Virus record (IMG/VR): IMGVR_UViG_3300014656_000015
DNA length: 64,000 nt
Origin: a virus
Strand: one strand, 5' to 3'
Part shown: piece after piece, positions 27,382-37,255 of the stretch
How positions within the stretch are numbered: position 1 is the first letter of the stretch
Layout of the letters: the number at the start of each line of letters is the position of its first letter
Notes under the pieces: model-generated
Told to the model about the DNA's origin: nothing
The model's database searches: none
What the model saw: only the letters and a program-made list of their open reading frames with translations
Program-made: the position numbers and the translations under genes

Positions 27382-29631
27382 CTACGCCACCCCGCCGATT
27401 CTTGCAAGAGCCCCAGCCATCTTGAGCCCCTGCAGATCACAATGCTGATCGACGTAGTCCGAGGCCGGATCCCCTGTGTAGGCCCTGTTCAGATACGTCG
27501 TCGGCATCGTCCTCAGCATTGATTCAAGCACGGCAGCCCCCCTCTTGGCAAGACCCGAACGGATCGGGTCGTGGCCGAGCACGGTCTCCAGGAGCTCGGG
27601 CTCCTGCAGAATGGCGTCCTGGGTCAGGGCGGCGACCTTGTAAATCAGATCTCGGCGGTAGCCTCGGTACAGCCCCCCGATCTTCTTCAGGAGCTCCTGC
27701 TCCTCCACATCATCCTTCTTCTCGGCCGCGGCCCCGTCCCGGCCCTTGGCCACGGTCATGACGGTGCGTCGGTGCAGGGGTGGGCCGAAGGCGCTGCGTC
27801 CCATGATCATGGGAAGTAGCATTCTAAGAAAGTGAGGCAGGGTTCGATCCGGCAGATCGAATGGCAACGGCTCCTCACCAGGACCGAAGGTGCGGTCCTC
27901 CCGATGCAGGCTGTCCGCCAGGCCGGGGCGGCCCATGGCGATGATGATGATGCGCTGGAACTCCTTGGGCTTGAGCACGATGCCGGCACCACCCGCGCTG
28001 GCCAATGCAGCCGGTACGTCCCGGGCCATCGCATCCTGCGTCTCGAGCGGGAGCTCGGGCTCCGCGTTCTCCAGATCCGGCAGCTTGGCCTCGAAGTTGG
28101 ACTTCACCCGCTTCTCGATCTCGGCGTCCTTGTCCAGGGCGACCTTGGGCGCGGAACCCTGCTTGGCGCGCTGCGCGAGCTCGGTCCGGACCCGCTTGAG
28201 GTAGTTGTTGATCCTGGCCTCGGTGGCCGGGTCGATGTCGTTGAAACCGAGCTCCTCGATGCCACCTTGCGCCCTCTTTTCCGTGACGGATGGGCTCGAT
28301 CTCTGCGCTCGGAGCAGGGCCCTGACCTTACCAAGATCGACATCGGCGCGACGATTCACGAACTGTACCTCGTAGCCCGCATCACGCGCCGCGCCAATCA
28401 CCTTGTTTGCCGCAGCCCGCTCCAATGCAATGGAGTGACGTTCCAGATTCTTTCCATCCAGAGCCAGGTGTGTGGCGCCGCCCAGGCCCAACGCACCTAG
28501 CGCAGTGGTCAGTGCGGTAACGCGCCGATTCCCACCACCATAGCCCATCCTCCCACCAGCCAGCCCACCCGCAACCGCACCCATTGCGGGTACGGCAACG
28601 CGCACCGCGGTGCTCGCCTGCCTCGCCGCACGCTCCGCTGCGTCCGGTGAAAGTACCCGAATCGTTTCCTTAGCCATCTTCGTCTCCCCACGGGACCAGA
28701 CCTCGTGCACGTGGCTCGAGGCGATGGTGGTACCCTGATCACAACTAGCGCACTTCTTGTGGCCAGGGCGTAGCGGGCACTCCCCGGCCAACTTGGCCAG
28801 GACGTAGCTGGTCTTGTCCGCACCGATGAAGACCACGCTCAAATCGAAGAAGCGCGGGTGCAGGTTGATCATCTTCACCTTGCGCCCGTCCGGATAGATC
28901 TTGCGAAGCTGAGTGCGGATGTGCTCGCAGTAGTCCGACGTTGTCGGGCTCAGCCCGCGAATGGGGAGGCGGCGGTGTTCGGCCAGGTCGATCTGGGGGT
29001 TGCCCGTGATCCGGGACCAGTCGGTGCAGTAACCGCAAAGGTCGAATGGAACCTTGCAGCCCATACTGACGCTAGGAAAGCCACCGGCGTCGATGCGGGA
29101 CAGGATATCGGAAGCACCACGCTCCAGCGCTCGGGCACGATCGAAGGCCGCGATCAGGAGGACGCGGTGCATACGATCGTCCCACAGCACGTAGACCAGA
29201 TCTCCAAAGGCCCTGTTCGGATCCTTGTTCTTGTGGTGGGCGAAGGTCTTGGCGTTGTAGAAGGTGGGAAAGCCCCACTCCCACCGCTTACCCTCCGCAA
29301 CTTGCTGCTGGTAACTCATCCGTTCCCAGCCCGGAGGAGTGTGTATCAAGGAGGGCTTGTTCAGCCCCATCGGCATGCGTTCAGGGAAGTCATCTCCGTT
29401 ACTATTATCGCCCCAATACTCGCCGCCACCCATCGCGCTGATCAGGGCGTAGAGCAGGTTGTCGTCCTTGGGCAGCTCCTTCATCACGGCCTGGATCCGC
29501 TCGAGCTGGGGCACCGAGACGGTATCGGCAGCCGTCTTCAGAAGATGGGCGTTGTTGTAGCCGGGATGGAGCAGGTGGAGGTGCTCCCCCCTCTCATCGA
29601 GGGTGGGGAACTGGCACTGCTTGACGATCAC
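27382..29631 (-). CDS. Putative prohead (maturation) protease
   Basis: NSNGDDFP, FAHHKNKDP (candidate His) and VSMGCKV (candidate Ser), FFDLSVV; upstream of the scaffold and MCP genes. Confidence 0.65.
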   Translation of the reverse strand: MIVKQCQFPTLDERGEHLHLLHPGYNNAHLLKTAADTVSVPQLERIQAVMKELPKDDNLLYALISAMGGGEYWGDNSNGDDFPERMPMGLNKPSLIHTPPGWERMSYQQQVAEGKRWEWGFPTFYNAKTFAHHKNKDPNRAFGDLVYVLWDDRMHRVLLIAAFDRARALERGASDILSRIDAGGFPSVSMGCKVPFDLCGYCTDWSRITGNPQIDLAEHRRLPIRGLSPTTSDYCEHIRTQLRKIYPDGRKVKMINLHPRFFDLSVVFIGADKTSYVLAKLAGECPLRPGHKKCASCDQGTTIASSHVHEVWSRGETKMAKETIRVLSPDAAERAARQASTAVRVAVPAMGAVAGGLAGGRMGYGGGNRRVTALTTALGALGLGGATHLALDGKNLERHSIALERAAANKVIGAARDAGYEVQFVNRRADVDLGKVRALLRAQRSSPSVTEKRAQGGIEELGFNDIDPATEARINNYLKRVRTELAQRAKQGSAPKVALDKDAEIEKRVKSNFEAKLPDLENAEPELPLETQDAMARDVPAALASAGGAGIVLKPKEFQRIIIIAMGRPGLADSLHREDRTFGPGEEPLPFDLPDRTLPHFLRMLLPMIMGRSAFGPPLHRRTVMTVAKGRDGAAAEKKDDVEEQELLKKIGGLYRGYRRDLIYKVAALTQDAILQEPELLETVLGHDPIRSGLAKRGAAVLESMLRTMPTTYLNRAYTGDPASDYVDQHCDLQGLKMAGALARIGGVA

Positions 29632-29634
29632 CGC

Positions 29635-30105
29635 CTAGTCCCCACCACTGTCTCCAGCACTTCGCATGAGCCCCGATGTGATCTGGGGTATGGGCAACTG
29701 CTCCAGGATGGTGGGACGCCTCATCTTGTCCTCCGCACCGGCAATATCGGCCATGGTCCTCGGGTCGATGTACTCGTCCTGATACATGGTCCGCTTGACC
29801 CAGGACGAGGCCACTACAGGATCCTGGGCCAGAGTCGGCGATGCGTTGTGAAGCGTGTTGAACAAAGTCCGAACCCTCTCCGCCGGCTCCCTGGTCAGCT
29901 CCGGGTTATATGCCAGCATGCCCTTGAAGCCACGTTCCCTGCCGATGTGGTTCTTGATCGCGCGATACGCCTCGGTCATGCCGAGCAGCGCTACCGGTGC
30001 GGCAACACTGACCGCCATCTCACGGCCAAAGCTGCCCCAGCCCGCGGCCCGCTTCTCGAGGTCCTCGTCTGCCAGGAAGTCGTTGATCGGATTGCTCATG
30101 GTCAA
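29635..30105 (-). CDS. Hypothetical virion protein
   Basis: DLEKRAA tag, then a hydrophobic helix. Confidence 0.6.
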   Translation of the reverse strand: MTMSNPINDFLADEDLEKRAAGWGSFGREMAVSVAAPVALLGMTEAYRAIKNHIGRERGFKGMLAYNPELTREPAERVRTLFNTLHNASPTLAQDPVVASSWVKRTMYQDEYIDPRTMADIAGAEDKMRRPTILEQLPIPQITSGLMRSAGDSGGD

Positions 30106-30491
30106 TACGCCATCCCTGTTCGTGGGTCCCAGAGCGCCCTGGTCTGGGCGACCCTGGCCTGGAACTGCCGCTTCTTGGCGCCGAGGTAGGCACCGACCGG
30201 ATCATTCATGGCCTCGTTGGCCATGCCTGCACCGACAATGGGGGGTGCGGCCAGCACGGTGCCCGCCGCGATGGCCCCGGGCACGCCGCCGCCCGCCGCG
30301 TGGTACGCACCCTTGCCGGCGCCCATCGCGGCGCCATGCGCGGTGCGCAACGCGCCCTGGGCACCACGCACCAGCTCCCGACCCGCCTCCGCGGCCACCC
30401 CAGCGGTCTTCGCCATGCCGAGATCCTGATCGACGAGCTGGCGCACCACGGCCCCGGTCAGAAAGAGCTGATCATAGTCGGCAAGCGTCAT
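30102..30491 (-). CDS. Gly/Ala-rich hypothetical virion protein
   Basis: Start MTLADYD at 30491, coupled to the upstream stop; MAKTAG site. Confidence 0.6.
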   Translation of the reverse strand: MTLADYDQLFLTGAVVRQLVDQDLGMAKTAGVAAEAGRELVRGAQGALRTAHGAAMGAGKGAYHAAGGGVPGAIAAGTVLAAPPIVGAGMANEAMNDPVGAYLGAKKRQFQARVAQTRALWDPRTGMAY

Positions 30492-31354
30492 GGCGCACAC
30501 CTCTCTCGTAGCAGACCCTGCAGCTGCTCCCGCTGCTCCCCCAGCTTCTCCTTGGCCGCGAGCAGCGTGTAGTAGGAGCGGGCCGCTGCGGCAAACTTCT
30601 CGAAGCTGCGGCAGAGCGGGTGGGATCGGTCCAGGACGAGGTAGTCCGCACCGCTCCGACCCGCCTCCACCGATGGCACGTCGCGGACATGGGCCTGGAC
30701 CTGCTTCAGGGCCAGCTTGGTCAGGGCCGGGGTCGGCGAGAGCTGGTCGAAGGCCACGCTCAGACTGGCCGGGCTCACCCCGTCCAGGATGGCCCGCCTC
30801 GACTCGACGCACATGTCCTCCGCCGCGTCCACGTAGGCCGCGTACTTGGACATGAGCTCGGAGCCGACCACGTCCTCCGCCGTCTTGACCCGGGTCCACA
30901 GCACGAGCAGGTCCCGGTTCGGGGAACGGGGCGGGTAGTCGGCACCGGCCGACGCCCTCTTCTCCATCTCGAGCGACTCGTCCTCGAGGAGAGCGCTCCC
31001 CGGCACGAACCGCTCGACGTCATGGAGGAGTCTGGCTGTCTTCATGATAGCCGCTCCTTCCTCTCCTGATGGCGTATCTGTCTCGAGCAGTGCGGCTACC
31101 CGGTGCGGATCCGCTGGCCCGCCCAGGAAGTCCACGACTCGATGCGATCCGGCCATCTTCGGAAACGCTGCGGCAAAGGCCGCGTTGTTCGTGAACTCGA
31201 CGACACGCTGGACCTGTTCCCGTCCCAGGTCGTGTCCCCGGAGAACCTCGACGACGGCATCGGTCAACGGCATCTCCCTTGATCCGTGCAGAGCAGCGGC
31301 CCGCTTCCCCAGACCTTGCAACACCCTTGGATCGACCGCTGCGGAACCAACCAT
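30488..31354 (-). CDS. Hypothetical head-associated protein
   Basis: QVQRVVEFTNNAAF motif; MKTA and EKRAS sites; AGGAG RBS before the ATG at 31354. Confidence 0.65.
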   Translation of the reverse strand: MVGSAAVDPRVLQGLGKRAAALHGSREMPLTDAVVEVLRGHDLGREQVQRVVEFTNNAAFAAAFPKMAGSHRVVDFLGGPADPHRVAALLETDTPSGEEGAAIMKTARLLHDVERFVPGSALLEDESLEMEKRASAGADYPPRSPNRDLLVLWTRVKTAEDVVGSELMSKYAAYVDAAEDMCVESRRAILDGVSPASLSVAFDQLSPTPALTKLALKQVQAHVRDVPSVEAGRSGADYLVLDRSHPLCRSFEKFAAAARSYYTLLAAKEKLGEQREQLQGLLRERCAP

Positions 31355-31420
31355 GGAGATCTCTCCTGGCTCCAGGTACACTTACCCCTGGTATCTTAGG
31401 TGTAACACAGGTGACGTGTC

Positions 31421-32176
31421 ATGGGAAGTCAACCGGATCTCATAACGATAGAGGAAGCCGCGGAGCTGCTGGGTCAGGACCCGAAGCACATCCACCAGCT
31501 CTGTGCGGACGGACGGATACGGAGGACCCGGGTCGGGGATGCCGTGCTCGTCCCACGTGGCGACGTGATCGAGGTGCGTCGGATGGATCTGGGCACGGAG
31601 GATCCAACTGAACGGATCCTGGCCCTGGAGCACCGCGTGGCCCGACTCGAGTCCGCGCTCACCCTCCTGTTCGACGTGATGAACATGGGCAAGGATAGAT
31701 TCGGGCCAATGTCCCGGGACCAGTTGGAGCATCTCTACTCCCAGGCCTGTCTGCTGGATCGGGAGCGGAGCTGGGACCTGCCCACTCTGATCGGGCAGGC
31801 CGAGACCTTCATCCGAATCACGGAGACCGAGCTGGTGCGGATCAACCGCATCGTGAGCGTGGACGATAGCTGGCGGCCCTTCTTCAATCTGTGCCTGCGC
31901 ATGCTGCAGCATGTCCAGGAACACCCCGAGCTGGGACAGAACCTGGAGCTGCAGCGGGCCCGGGCCCTGCTCCTTACCGGCCGCGACAACCTCCGGCTCT
32001 GCGCCACCCTGCTAATTGAACGGGCGCATCGTACCGAGAGCAGCGAGAAGGTGCTGGCCCGGGTAGCCGCTGTAGACCTGGACGCGTTCGATGTCCTGAT
32101 CCGCAAGCATCACTCCGACCACCAGTGGCGGCGCACCGACCACCTCCGGCTCCTCGATCCTGCAAAATCGGAATGA
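31421..32176 (+). CDS. Excisionase/MerR-like (HTH_17-type) DNA-binding protein with a coiled coil
   Basis: LITIEEAAELLG...IHQLCADGRI...VLVPRGDV; extended -10 TGGTATCTT at 31389-31397; divergent from the head operon. Confidence 0.75.
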   Translation: MGSQPDLITIEEAAELLGQDPKHIHQLCADGRIRRTRVGDAVLVPRGDVIEVRRMDLGTEDPTERILALEHRVARLESALTLLFDVMNMGKDRFGPMSRDQLEHLYSQACLLDRERSWDLPTLIGQAETFIRITETELVRINRIVSVDDSWRPFFNLCLRMLQHVQEHPELGQNLELQRARALLLTGRDNLRLCATLLIERAHRTESSEKVLARVAAVDLDAFDVLIRKHHSDHQWRRTDHLRLLDPAKSE

Positions 32177-32309
32177 TTCCTGTGATAAGGGGTCTGTAGG
32201 CCCAATCCCAGGCTTCTTTGCTGCAAAGTGGCCGCTGGGATTGGGATAAGAACAATGAGTGGTCGAGCATTCTCCTTGCTCCGCACCACTCGGGAAAGGA
32301 GACTGTGAA

Positions 32310-32807
32310 ATGAGTGAGGAGAAGAGGGAGTGGCCGTCCATCCTGGACGCCGCTCTCGACGACCCCGCCGCGACAGCGGCGGGGGCAGTTCTGGGGGCGG
32401 CCATCCTGGCCGTCCCCACGATGTTGGTCTGCCGGTACCTCGAGGCCAGCCCCGTCGTGACGGGGTTGAGCACCGCAGGTGCCGGCCTGGCGGGCGCCGG
32501 TGGCGGCGCGACGGCGGTGGCGGCGAGTCGCCGCCGGTCGGTGCGGCGCACAGCGACCTCGGTGGCATCGGCCATCGAGGGGGAGCTCGACACCTTCGAC
32601 CGCCGGATCGCGGCGGTCGAGGGCCGGCTGGGGGCGGGGGACACCACTGTCAGGGTGGTGTTCCCAGATGTCGCCGAGAGCCTCGGCGGTCTGCCGGAGA
32701 CTGTCCGGCAGATTCGGGACATCCTCGAGGGTGCCCCGGACCCCGAGCCCCCGCCCAAGGCCACCGTCAAGAAGGGCAAGGGCGGAGACGCCCAGCCCAC
32801 CGCGTAG
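32310..32807 (+). CDS. Putative membrane protein
   Basis: GGAAAGGAG RBS; two hydrophobic segments, then a coiled coil. Confidence 0.65.
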   Translation: MSEEKREWPSILDAALDDPAATAAGAVLGAAILAVPTMLVCRYLEASPVVTGLSTAGAGLAGAGGGATAVAASRRRSVRRTATSVASAIEGELDTFDRRIAAVEGRLGAGDTTVRVVFPDVAESLGGLPETVRQIRDILEGAPDPEPPPKATVKKGKGGDAQPTA

Positions 32808-32830
32808 TCCCACCTTCCGTTCCCACCCTC

Positions 32831-32901
32831 GGTCCCACCTCGTGGACCGATTTCTTAGGGGTCTATATGGTTATAAGAATTATGGAAAGGAGGCAGAAAT
32901 G
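32831..32901 (+). promoter_or_regulatory. Hairpin-CTTAG / TATAAG / RBS cassette junction
   Basis: GGTCC..GGACC, CTTAG at 32854, TATAAG at 32872; 32870-32901 is identical to 33296-33327 (32 bp). Confidence 0.75.
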
Positions 32902-33261
32902 CCAATGATGTATCGTGTGGACGTTGTCGGAGTGTACGTACGCTCCGACACGTTCGGCCTGCTGTTCTCTCGCGCCAACGAGGCGCTGGCGTGTGGCCAG
33001 GCCCTCCGGGAGATGCTCCCGGGGGTTGTCGTTACGGTAAGTCGGGTGACAGCGGACGGAGGCTGTCCGCTGATCCTTCTCACCAACTTTCCAGGGGGGG
33101 CGACGGCGGTCGTGGAGGGGGCTCCGCCCCCATTCTACGACTGTGAGGGGGCCCAGCTCCTCCCCATCGAGAGATGGGAGGAGCTGCGAAACCGCCTCCT
33201 TCTCGATGTGGCACACCACAAAGGCACTCTCCACCGAGAGTGCCAGATTCACATTCCCTAG
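32899..33261 (+). CDS. Hypothetical (putative early) protein
   Basis: ATG after GGAAAGGAGG; bounded by cassette signals. Confidence 0.7.
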   Translation: MPMMYRVDVVGVYVRSDTFGLLFSRANEALACGQALREMLPGVVVTVSRVTADGGCPLILLTNFPGGATAVVEGAPPPFYDCEGAQLLPIERWEELRNRLLLDVAHHKGTLHRECQIHIP

Positions 33262-33327
33262 GCCCGGTTCTGGGCCAATTCCTTAGCTGTATATCGTTAT
33301 AAGAATTATGGAAAGGAGGCAGAAATG
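33261..33327 (+). promoter_or_regulatory. Hairpin-CTTAG / TATAAG / RBS cassette junction
   Basis: GGCCC-ggttct-GGGCC-aattc-CTTAG-N11-TATAAG-aattatGGAAAGGAGG. Confidence 0.75.
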
Positions 33328-33591
33328 TCTCAGAAAGAGGAGTTCCTGGCGGCGCTGGAGTGGAGGGTCGAACGGGCGACCCCCACAACCAGTCAGTGGA
33401 GCCCCCTCGGAGCCAGCCAGCACGGCTGGTTCCAGGAGGCGGTGGCGGCGGGGAACGTCCTCCTCGCCGCGGGATGGGCGGCTGACGTAGCCGCCCAGTT
33501 CCGTTCGGAGACTGGGGAGGGTCGGGTCGCGGACCTCCTCCTCGAGGAGAGGGCGTGGCAAGTCGCCGCGCTCATCGATCTGCTCACCTAG
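33325..33591 (+). CDS. Hypothetical (putative early) protein
   Basis: Strong RBS; bounded by cassette signals. Confidence 0.7.
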   Translation: MSQKEEFLAALEWRVERATPTTSQWSPLGASQHGWFQEAVAAGNVLLAAGWAADVAAQFRSETGEGRVADLLLEERAWQVAALIDLLT

Positions 33592-33651
33592 CCCCGTTCC
33601 GGGGCCAATTCCTTAGTCGTGTATAGGTATAAGAATATTGAGGAAAGGAGG
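33591..33651 (+). promoter_or_regulatory. Hairpin-CTTAG / TATAAG / RBS cassette junction
   Basis: GCCCC-gttcc-GGGGC-caattc-CTTAG-N11-TATAAG-aatattgaGGAAAGGAGG. Confidence 0.75.
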
Positions 33652-33659
33652 TACACATC

Positions 33660-33980
33660 ATGTACTTCATAGAAGTTGAGGCGAAGTGGAACTCGCCGTT
33701 CGCGGCGAGCCTGGAGATTGAGAACCCGACTGATGCGCTTCGGGTCGCCGAGTGGCTCTCGAAGAGAGCCGATCGAGCTTGTATCTCCTGTCACGCCCGG
33801 ACCCCTGTGATGTTTCAGGGCAGCAGTATCCGGCTGCTGTCCTACGAAACCTTCTACCTGGTGGACGAGGAGGGGGTCCCCGAGGAGTGGACTCTGCTGC
33901 TCGAAGCGGCAGAGGAGTACCTCAAAACAGCCCATCACCTCAAAGTCTGCCGTGAACTGGACCCCAACCAGGTCTGGTAG
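33660..33980 (+). CDS. Hypothetical (putative early) protein
   Basis: Strong RBS; bounded by cassette signals. Confidence 0.7.
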   Translation: MYFIEVEAKWNSPFAASLEIENPTDALRVAEWLSKRADRACISCHARTPVMFQGSSIRLLSYETFYLVDEEGVPEEWTLLLEAAEEYLKTAHHLKVCRELDPNQVW

Positions 33981-33987
33981 CCCACCC

Positions 33988-34013
33988 GCCTCACTCCGAG
34001 GCAATTCCCTTAG
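33988..34013 (+). terminator. Putative non-canonical terminator (hairpin + CTTAG)
   Basis: GCCTC-actcc-GAGGC-aattcc-CTTAG at the island end, convergent with terL; no downstream TATAAG. Confidence 0.55.
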
Positions 34014-35845
34014 GCCACTATACCCGGAGCGAACTCCACGCTGCCCGGGAAGAGTGGGATGATGATGTCGGGACGCGGCCGCACGATCATGCTGGCCAGG
34101 AAGCAGTAGAGGATGGAGTGGAACGTGTCATCACTCTTGCCTCGGGTCAGCTTGTACTGCGTCATGTGGAGCCGGGCATTGTACTCGGCAAAGATGTTCA
34201 GCATGTCGGCGGCGAAGGGTTCCTCCCACTCCTTCCAGGCCGGGAACCGGATCCGCTGGTTGCGGATCGCGCTGAAGATGTCGCTCATGATCTCGGTACG
34301 GTGCAGCATGAAGCGGCCCAGCTCGGGCTCCCACTTGATCTTGGTCTTCGGGTTGCCCGTGTACTGGTACCGGGCGACCCGGGACGCACCGAAGTTCCGC
34401 ATGAGCCAGTCATTGCGGTCGAAGCCGCCGCCGTAGTCCGAGCCCAGGATCTTGAAGTCAACCGCATGTAGCAGCTTGGCGATGCGCCGGAGCTGGCGTC
34501 TCGGGTCCAGATCCTCCCCCACGAAGCGGTGTGCAAAGAAGATCTGGAAGATGCCGTCGATGTACCCACCTAACGTAAGTAGTGAGAATGACGCATCTTC
34601 CCCGGTCCCGTGATCCAGTCCGGCAAAGACCCCGCTCTCGCACCGCTTCGCGGTCTCCAGCACCGCCCCGATCCGGATGGTCTCATTGCAGCACCGGATG
34701 ATGTGGCTGCGCTTGAGCGGGCGCTGCCCCGCGTCGTGGGACAGCCCGAGCACCTCGTTGTTGAACTGGGTCTCGTCGTACTGTTCCAGGTGTGTCAGGA
34801 TCTCGGTCCACTTCTCCCCTTGCATCCAGGGCACCATGAGCTGGGAGATGTGGTAGCCCTCGAAGGTGACCCGGTTCTCGTTGTCCGCGGTGACCGGCTG
34901 CAGCGAGACCCACTGCGCCAAGGGGTCGGCGGGGTCGATAGGTTCCCCGCACCGAGCACAGATCGGTCCCTCCTTGCCGATGTTCTTGATCCCGAGCAGG
35001 TTCCAGTGCCAGGAGGAGGGGTCGTTCGGGACGCCATGGTGCTGGCACGGCACGGCCCACTCGTTCTGGGTCGAGAACTCGGTCCAGTACTTGTGGATCG
35101 AGTTGTCCAGGCTCTTCGGCGTGCCAGCATAATCGAAGAGACCCCAGTGGGAGTGCGACGTGCACTGCTCGATGACCGGCACCGATGGGCCATGCACGTC
35201 CTGGAACTCGTCGATCTGAACCTTGTCGCTGGCAATGCCTCTGGCCCGGTCCGCGGAGAGGAAGGCGTAGCGCACCCGGACCTGGGAACGGTTCCGGAAC
35301 TGCTTGAAGAACACGTTCTGGCTCAGGTTCCGGTTCACCATGTACTGGAGCTCGGGGCTGATCTCCAGCGGGTCCTTCAGCCGATCCACGCTGAAGACCT
35401 GGGCCTGGGCCGCGGTCGGGCACACATAGAGCGTCTTGAAGGCGGGCACGATGGCGCTGTACGCGATGGCGCTGTTACCGAGGTAAGTCGACTTCTCGCT
35501 CTGCCGGCTGTAGACCAGGAGCTTGCGCCGGGCCGGGGAGTCGTAGACCGTCTTGAGGTAGCGCCGACCCTCGAAGCTGAAGGGGGTGATGGCGCCCTCG
35601 ATCGGGAGCTTGATGGCGAACTCGGTGAACTCGGACGGGGTGACCTCGACCTGGCGCAGCTTCCGCAGGGACTCGAGCTCCTGCTCGAACAGGATGCTCT
35701 CCATCTCGGCGCTGGCCAGCTCATCCTCCTCCTGTAGCAGGAGGGCCTCGAGCTCATCCTCCAATCCCTGGTCCAGCTCTTCCTGCGCCAGGACCCGTTT
35801 CGAGTCGAGGTAGAAGTCCCGGACCTCTTCGGAGGCAGCAGCCAT
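34010..35845 (-). CDS. terL: Terminase large subunit (GpA-like ATPase + nuclease)
   Basis: Walker A-like SRQSEKST, Walker B IDEFQD, GTPK, Cys motif, nuclease GLDHG and DDTFHS; start uncertain (35845 or 35866). Confidence 0.88.
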   Translation of the reverse strand: MAAASEEVRDFYLDSKRVLAQEELDQGLEDELEALLLQEEDELASAEMESILFEQELESLRKLRQVEVTPSEFTEFAIKLPIEGAITPFSFEGRRYLKTVYDSPARRKLLVYSRQSEKSTYLGNSAIAYSAIVPAFKTLYVCPTAAQAQVFSVDRLKDPLEISPELQYMVNRNLSQNVFFKQFRNRSQVRVRYAFLSADRARGIASDKVQIDEFQDVHGPSVPVIEQCTSHSHWGLFDYAGTPKSLDNSIHKYWTEFSTQNEWAVPCQHHGVPNDPSSWHWNLLGIKNIGKEGPICARCGEPIDPADPLAQWVSLQPVTADNENRVTFEGYHISQLMVPWMQGEKWTEILTHLEQYDETQFNNEVLGLSHDAGQRPLKRSHIIRCCNETIRIGAVLETAKRCESGVFAGLDHGTGEDASFSLLTLGGYIDGIFQIFFAHRFVGEDLDPRRQLRRIAKLLHAVDFKILGSDYGGGFDRNDWLMRNFGASRVARYQYTGNPKTKIKWEPELGRFMLHRTEIMSDIFSAIRNQRIRFPAWKEWEEPFAADMLNIFAEYNARLHMTQYKLTRGKSDDTFHSILYCFLASMIVRPRPDIIIPLFPGSVEFAPGIVA

Positions 35846-35990
35846 CCCCTGCAGGACTTGAACCATGGTGCTCTCAGGTGAACACATAGCGGCCTGCTTC
35901 CTGTTTCGCAGAGGACAGTTTCACGACGGCCATCAGACCGACGTCAGCGCTCCCCTCTCCACAGGCTGTCACGGCACGGGCTGCCGCGAT
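35842..35990 (-). ncRNA. Predicted TnpB omega/reRNA (scaffold overlapping the tnpB 3' end plus ~16-nt flanking guide)
   Basis: Inferred from established TnpB biology; scaffold would end at TTCAA (35858), giving guide GTCCTGCAGGGGATGG; the 5' boundary is approximate. Confidence 0.5.
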
Positions 35991-37085
35991 GTTTCTCAGG
36001 TTTACGGCGGCATTAACGTCGCGGTCATGGACGACGCCACACCCTGGACAGGACCACTTTCGGACGGACAGCGGGAGGCTCTCGACAACGTGGCCGCAGT
36101 CGGAGCACATCTTCGACGACGGGAACCAGCGGTCAACCATGACAACCTCGGAACCTGCGAGCGGGGCCTTGTAGGTGAGCTGCCGCCTCATCTCCGACAT
36201 GCTGGCATCGGCGACCGACTTGGCGAGGTGATGGTTCTTCAACATCCCGCTGACGTTCAGGTCTTCGATGCCGATCCATCGGAAGTCTCGGACGAGCCGA
36301 GACGTCAGCTTGTGGGTCACGTCGCTTCGGATGTTGGCGATACGCTCGTGGACGCGCTGAATCCTCGCCTTCGTCTTGCGCCAGTTCTTTCCGCCTTTCG
36401 TCCGCCTCGACAACTCGCGCTGAAGTCGCTTGAGCCGCTTCTCATGGAACCGCAGGGCGCGCGGAGCTTCCACCTTCGCCCCGTCGGAGAGCACGGCGAG
36501 GTCTCGAACCCCGAGGTCTATGCCACACACCGCGTGAGTCTTGCAGGCGTGCGGGTACGACCAGCGGGAGTGATCAACCTCGACCTGGACGGAGACGAAC
36601 CAGTGGTCGACGTGCTTCGTGAATCGGGCCGACAGCACCTTACCGGGGAATCGAAGCGTCTCCCTCATGCGGAGCCAGCCGAGCTTCGGGACGCGGACAC
36701 GACGGCCATCAAACGTCAGGGCTCGCGCCTCGATGGCGAACCCTTCAAGGCACCGCCCACGCTTCTTGAATCGAGGATACCCAGGCTTGGAGTTTCCAGC
36801 CTTGATGCGTCGGAAGAAGTGGCCGAAGGCAGCGCCGAGGTCAGCGAGTGCCTGGTTCGTGACCTTCCAGGGAAGCTCGGCCATCCACGGAAAGTCATCG
36901 GCCTTGCGGGCGTTCAACTCGGTGTTGAGCTGCTGCCACGACGGCTTCTCTCCGCCGTTGTAGAGTTCTTGCCAGCGGGCGAGGCCGTGGTTCCACACGA
37001 ACCTCGCCGTCCCGGCGCACCGCTCGAAGAACGACGCCTGGACGTTGTTCGGATCGAGCTGAATACGCTGGCCGAGGATGGTCAC
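35874..37085 (-). CDS. tnpB: RNA-guided endonuclease TnpB (403 aa)
   Basis: RuvC GIDLG / IGIEDL / DRDVNAA intact; Zn finger CSDCG..CPGCG; N-terminal HTH region ARFVWN; GTG start overlaps the RHH stop. Confidence 0.93.
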   Translation of the reverse strand: MTILGQRIQLDPNNVQASFFERCAGTARFVWNHGLARWQELYNGGEKPSWQQLNTELNARKADDFPWMAELPWKVTNQALADLGAAFGHFFRRIKAGNSKPGYPRFKKRGRCLEGFAIEARALTFDGRRVRVPKLGWLRMRETLRFPGKVLSARFTKHVDHWFVSVQVEVDHSRWSYPHACKTHAVCGIDLGVRDLAVLSDGAKVEAPRALRFHEKRLKRLQRELSRRTKGGKNWRKTKARIQRVHERIANIRSDVTHKLTSRLVRDFRWIGIEDLNVSGMLKNHHLAKSVADASMSEMRRQLTYKAPLAGSEVVMVDRWFPSSKMCSDCGHVVESLPLSVRKWSCPGCGVVHDRDVNAAVNLRNIAAARAVTACGEGSADVGLMAVVKLSSAKQEAGRYVFT

Positions 37086-37219
37086 CGCTTTTTGTCCATC
37101 AGGTCGTGGAGGGCCATGCGGACGACTTCCCCCAGGGAGACGCCCAACCGCTTTGCCTCTAGACGAAGCCAGGCCAGGAGGGGAGGGTCGAGGTGGATTT
37201 CGAGTGGCTGTTTCCTCAT
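37082..37219 (-). CDS. 45-aa ribbon-helix-helix (CopG-like) protein
   Basis: Below the ORF-track cutoff: MRKQPLEIHLDPPLLAWLRLEAKRLGVSLGEVVRMALHDLMDKKR; coupled to tnpB via GTGA. Confidence 0.75.
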   Translation of the reverse strand: MRKQPLEIHLDPPLLAWLRLEAKRLGVSLGEVVRMALHDLMDKKR

Positions 37220-37226
37220 GCTCAAG

Positions 37227-37255
37227 AGCATATATGCCAGTAAGGGCAATGTCAA
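37227..37255 (-). promoter_or_regulatory. Sigma70-type promoter TTGACA-N17-TATGCT for RHH-tnpB (leaderless)
   Basis: -35 at 37250-37255, -10 at 37227-37232, ATG 7 nt downstream. Confidence 0.75.
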
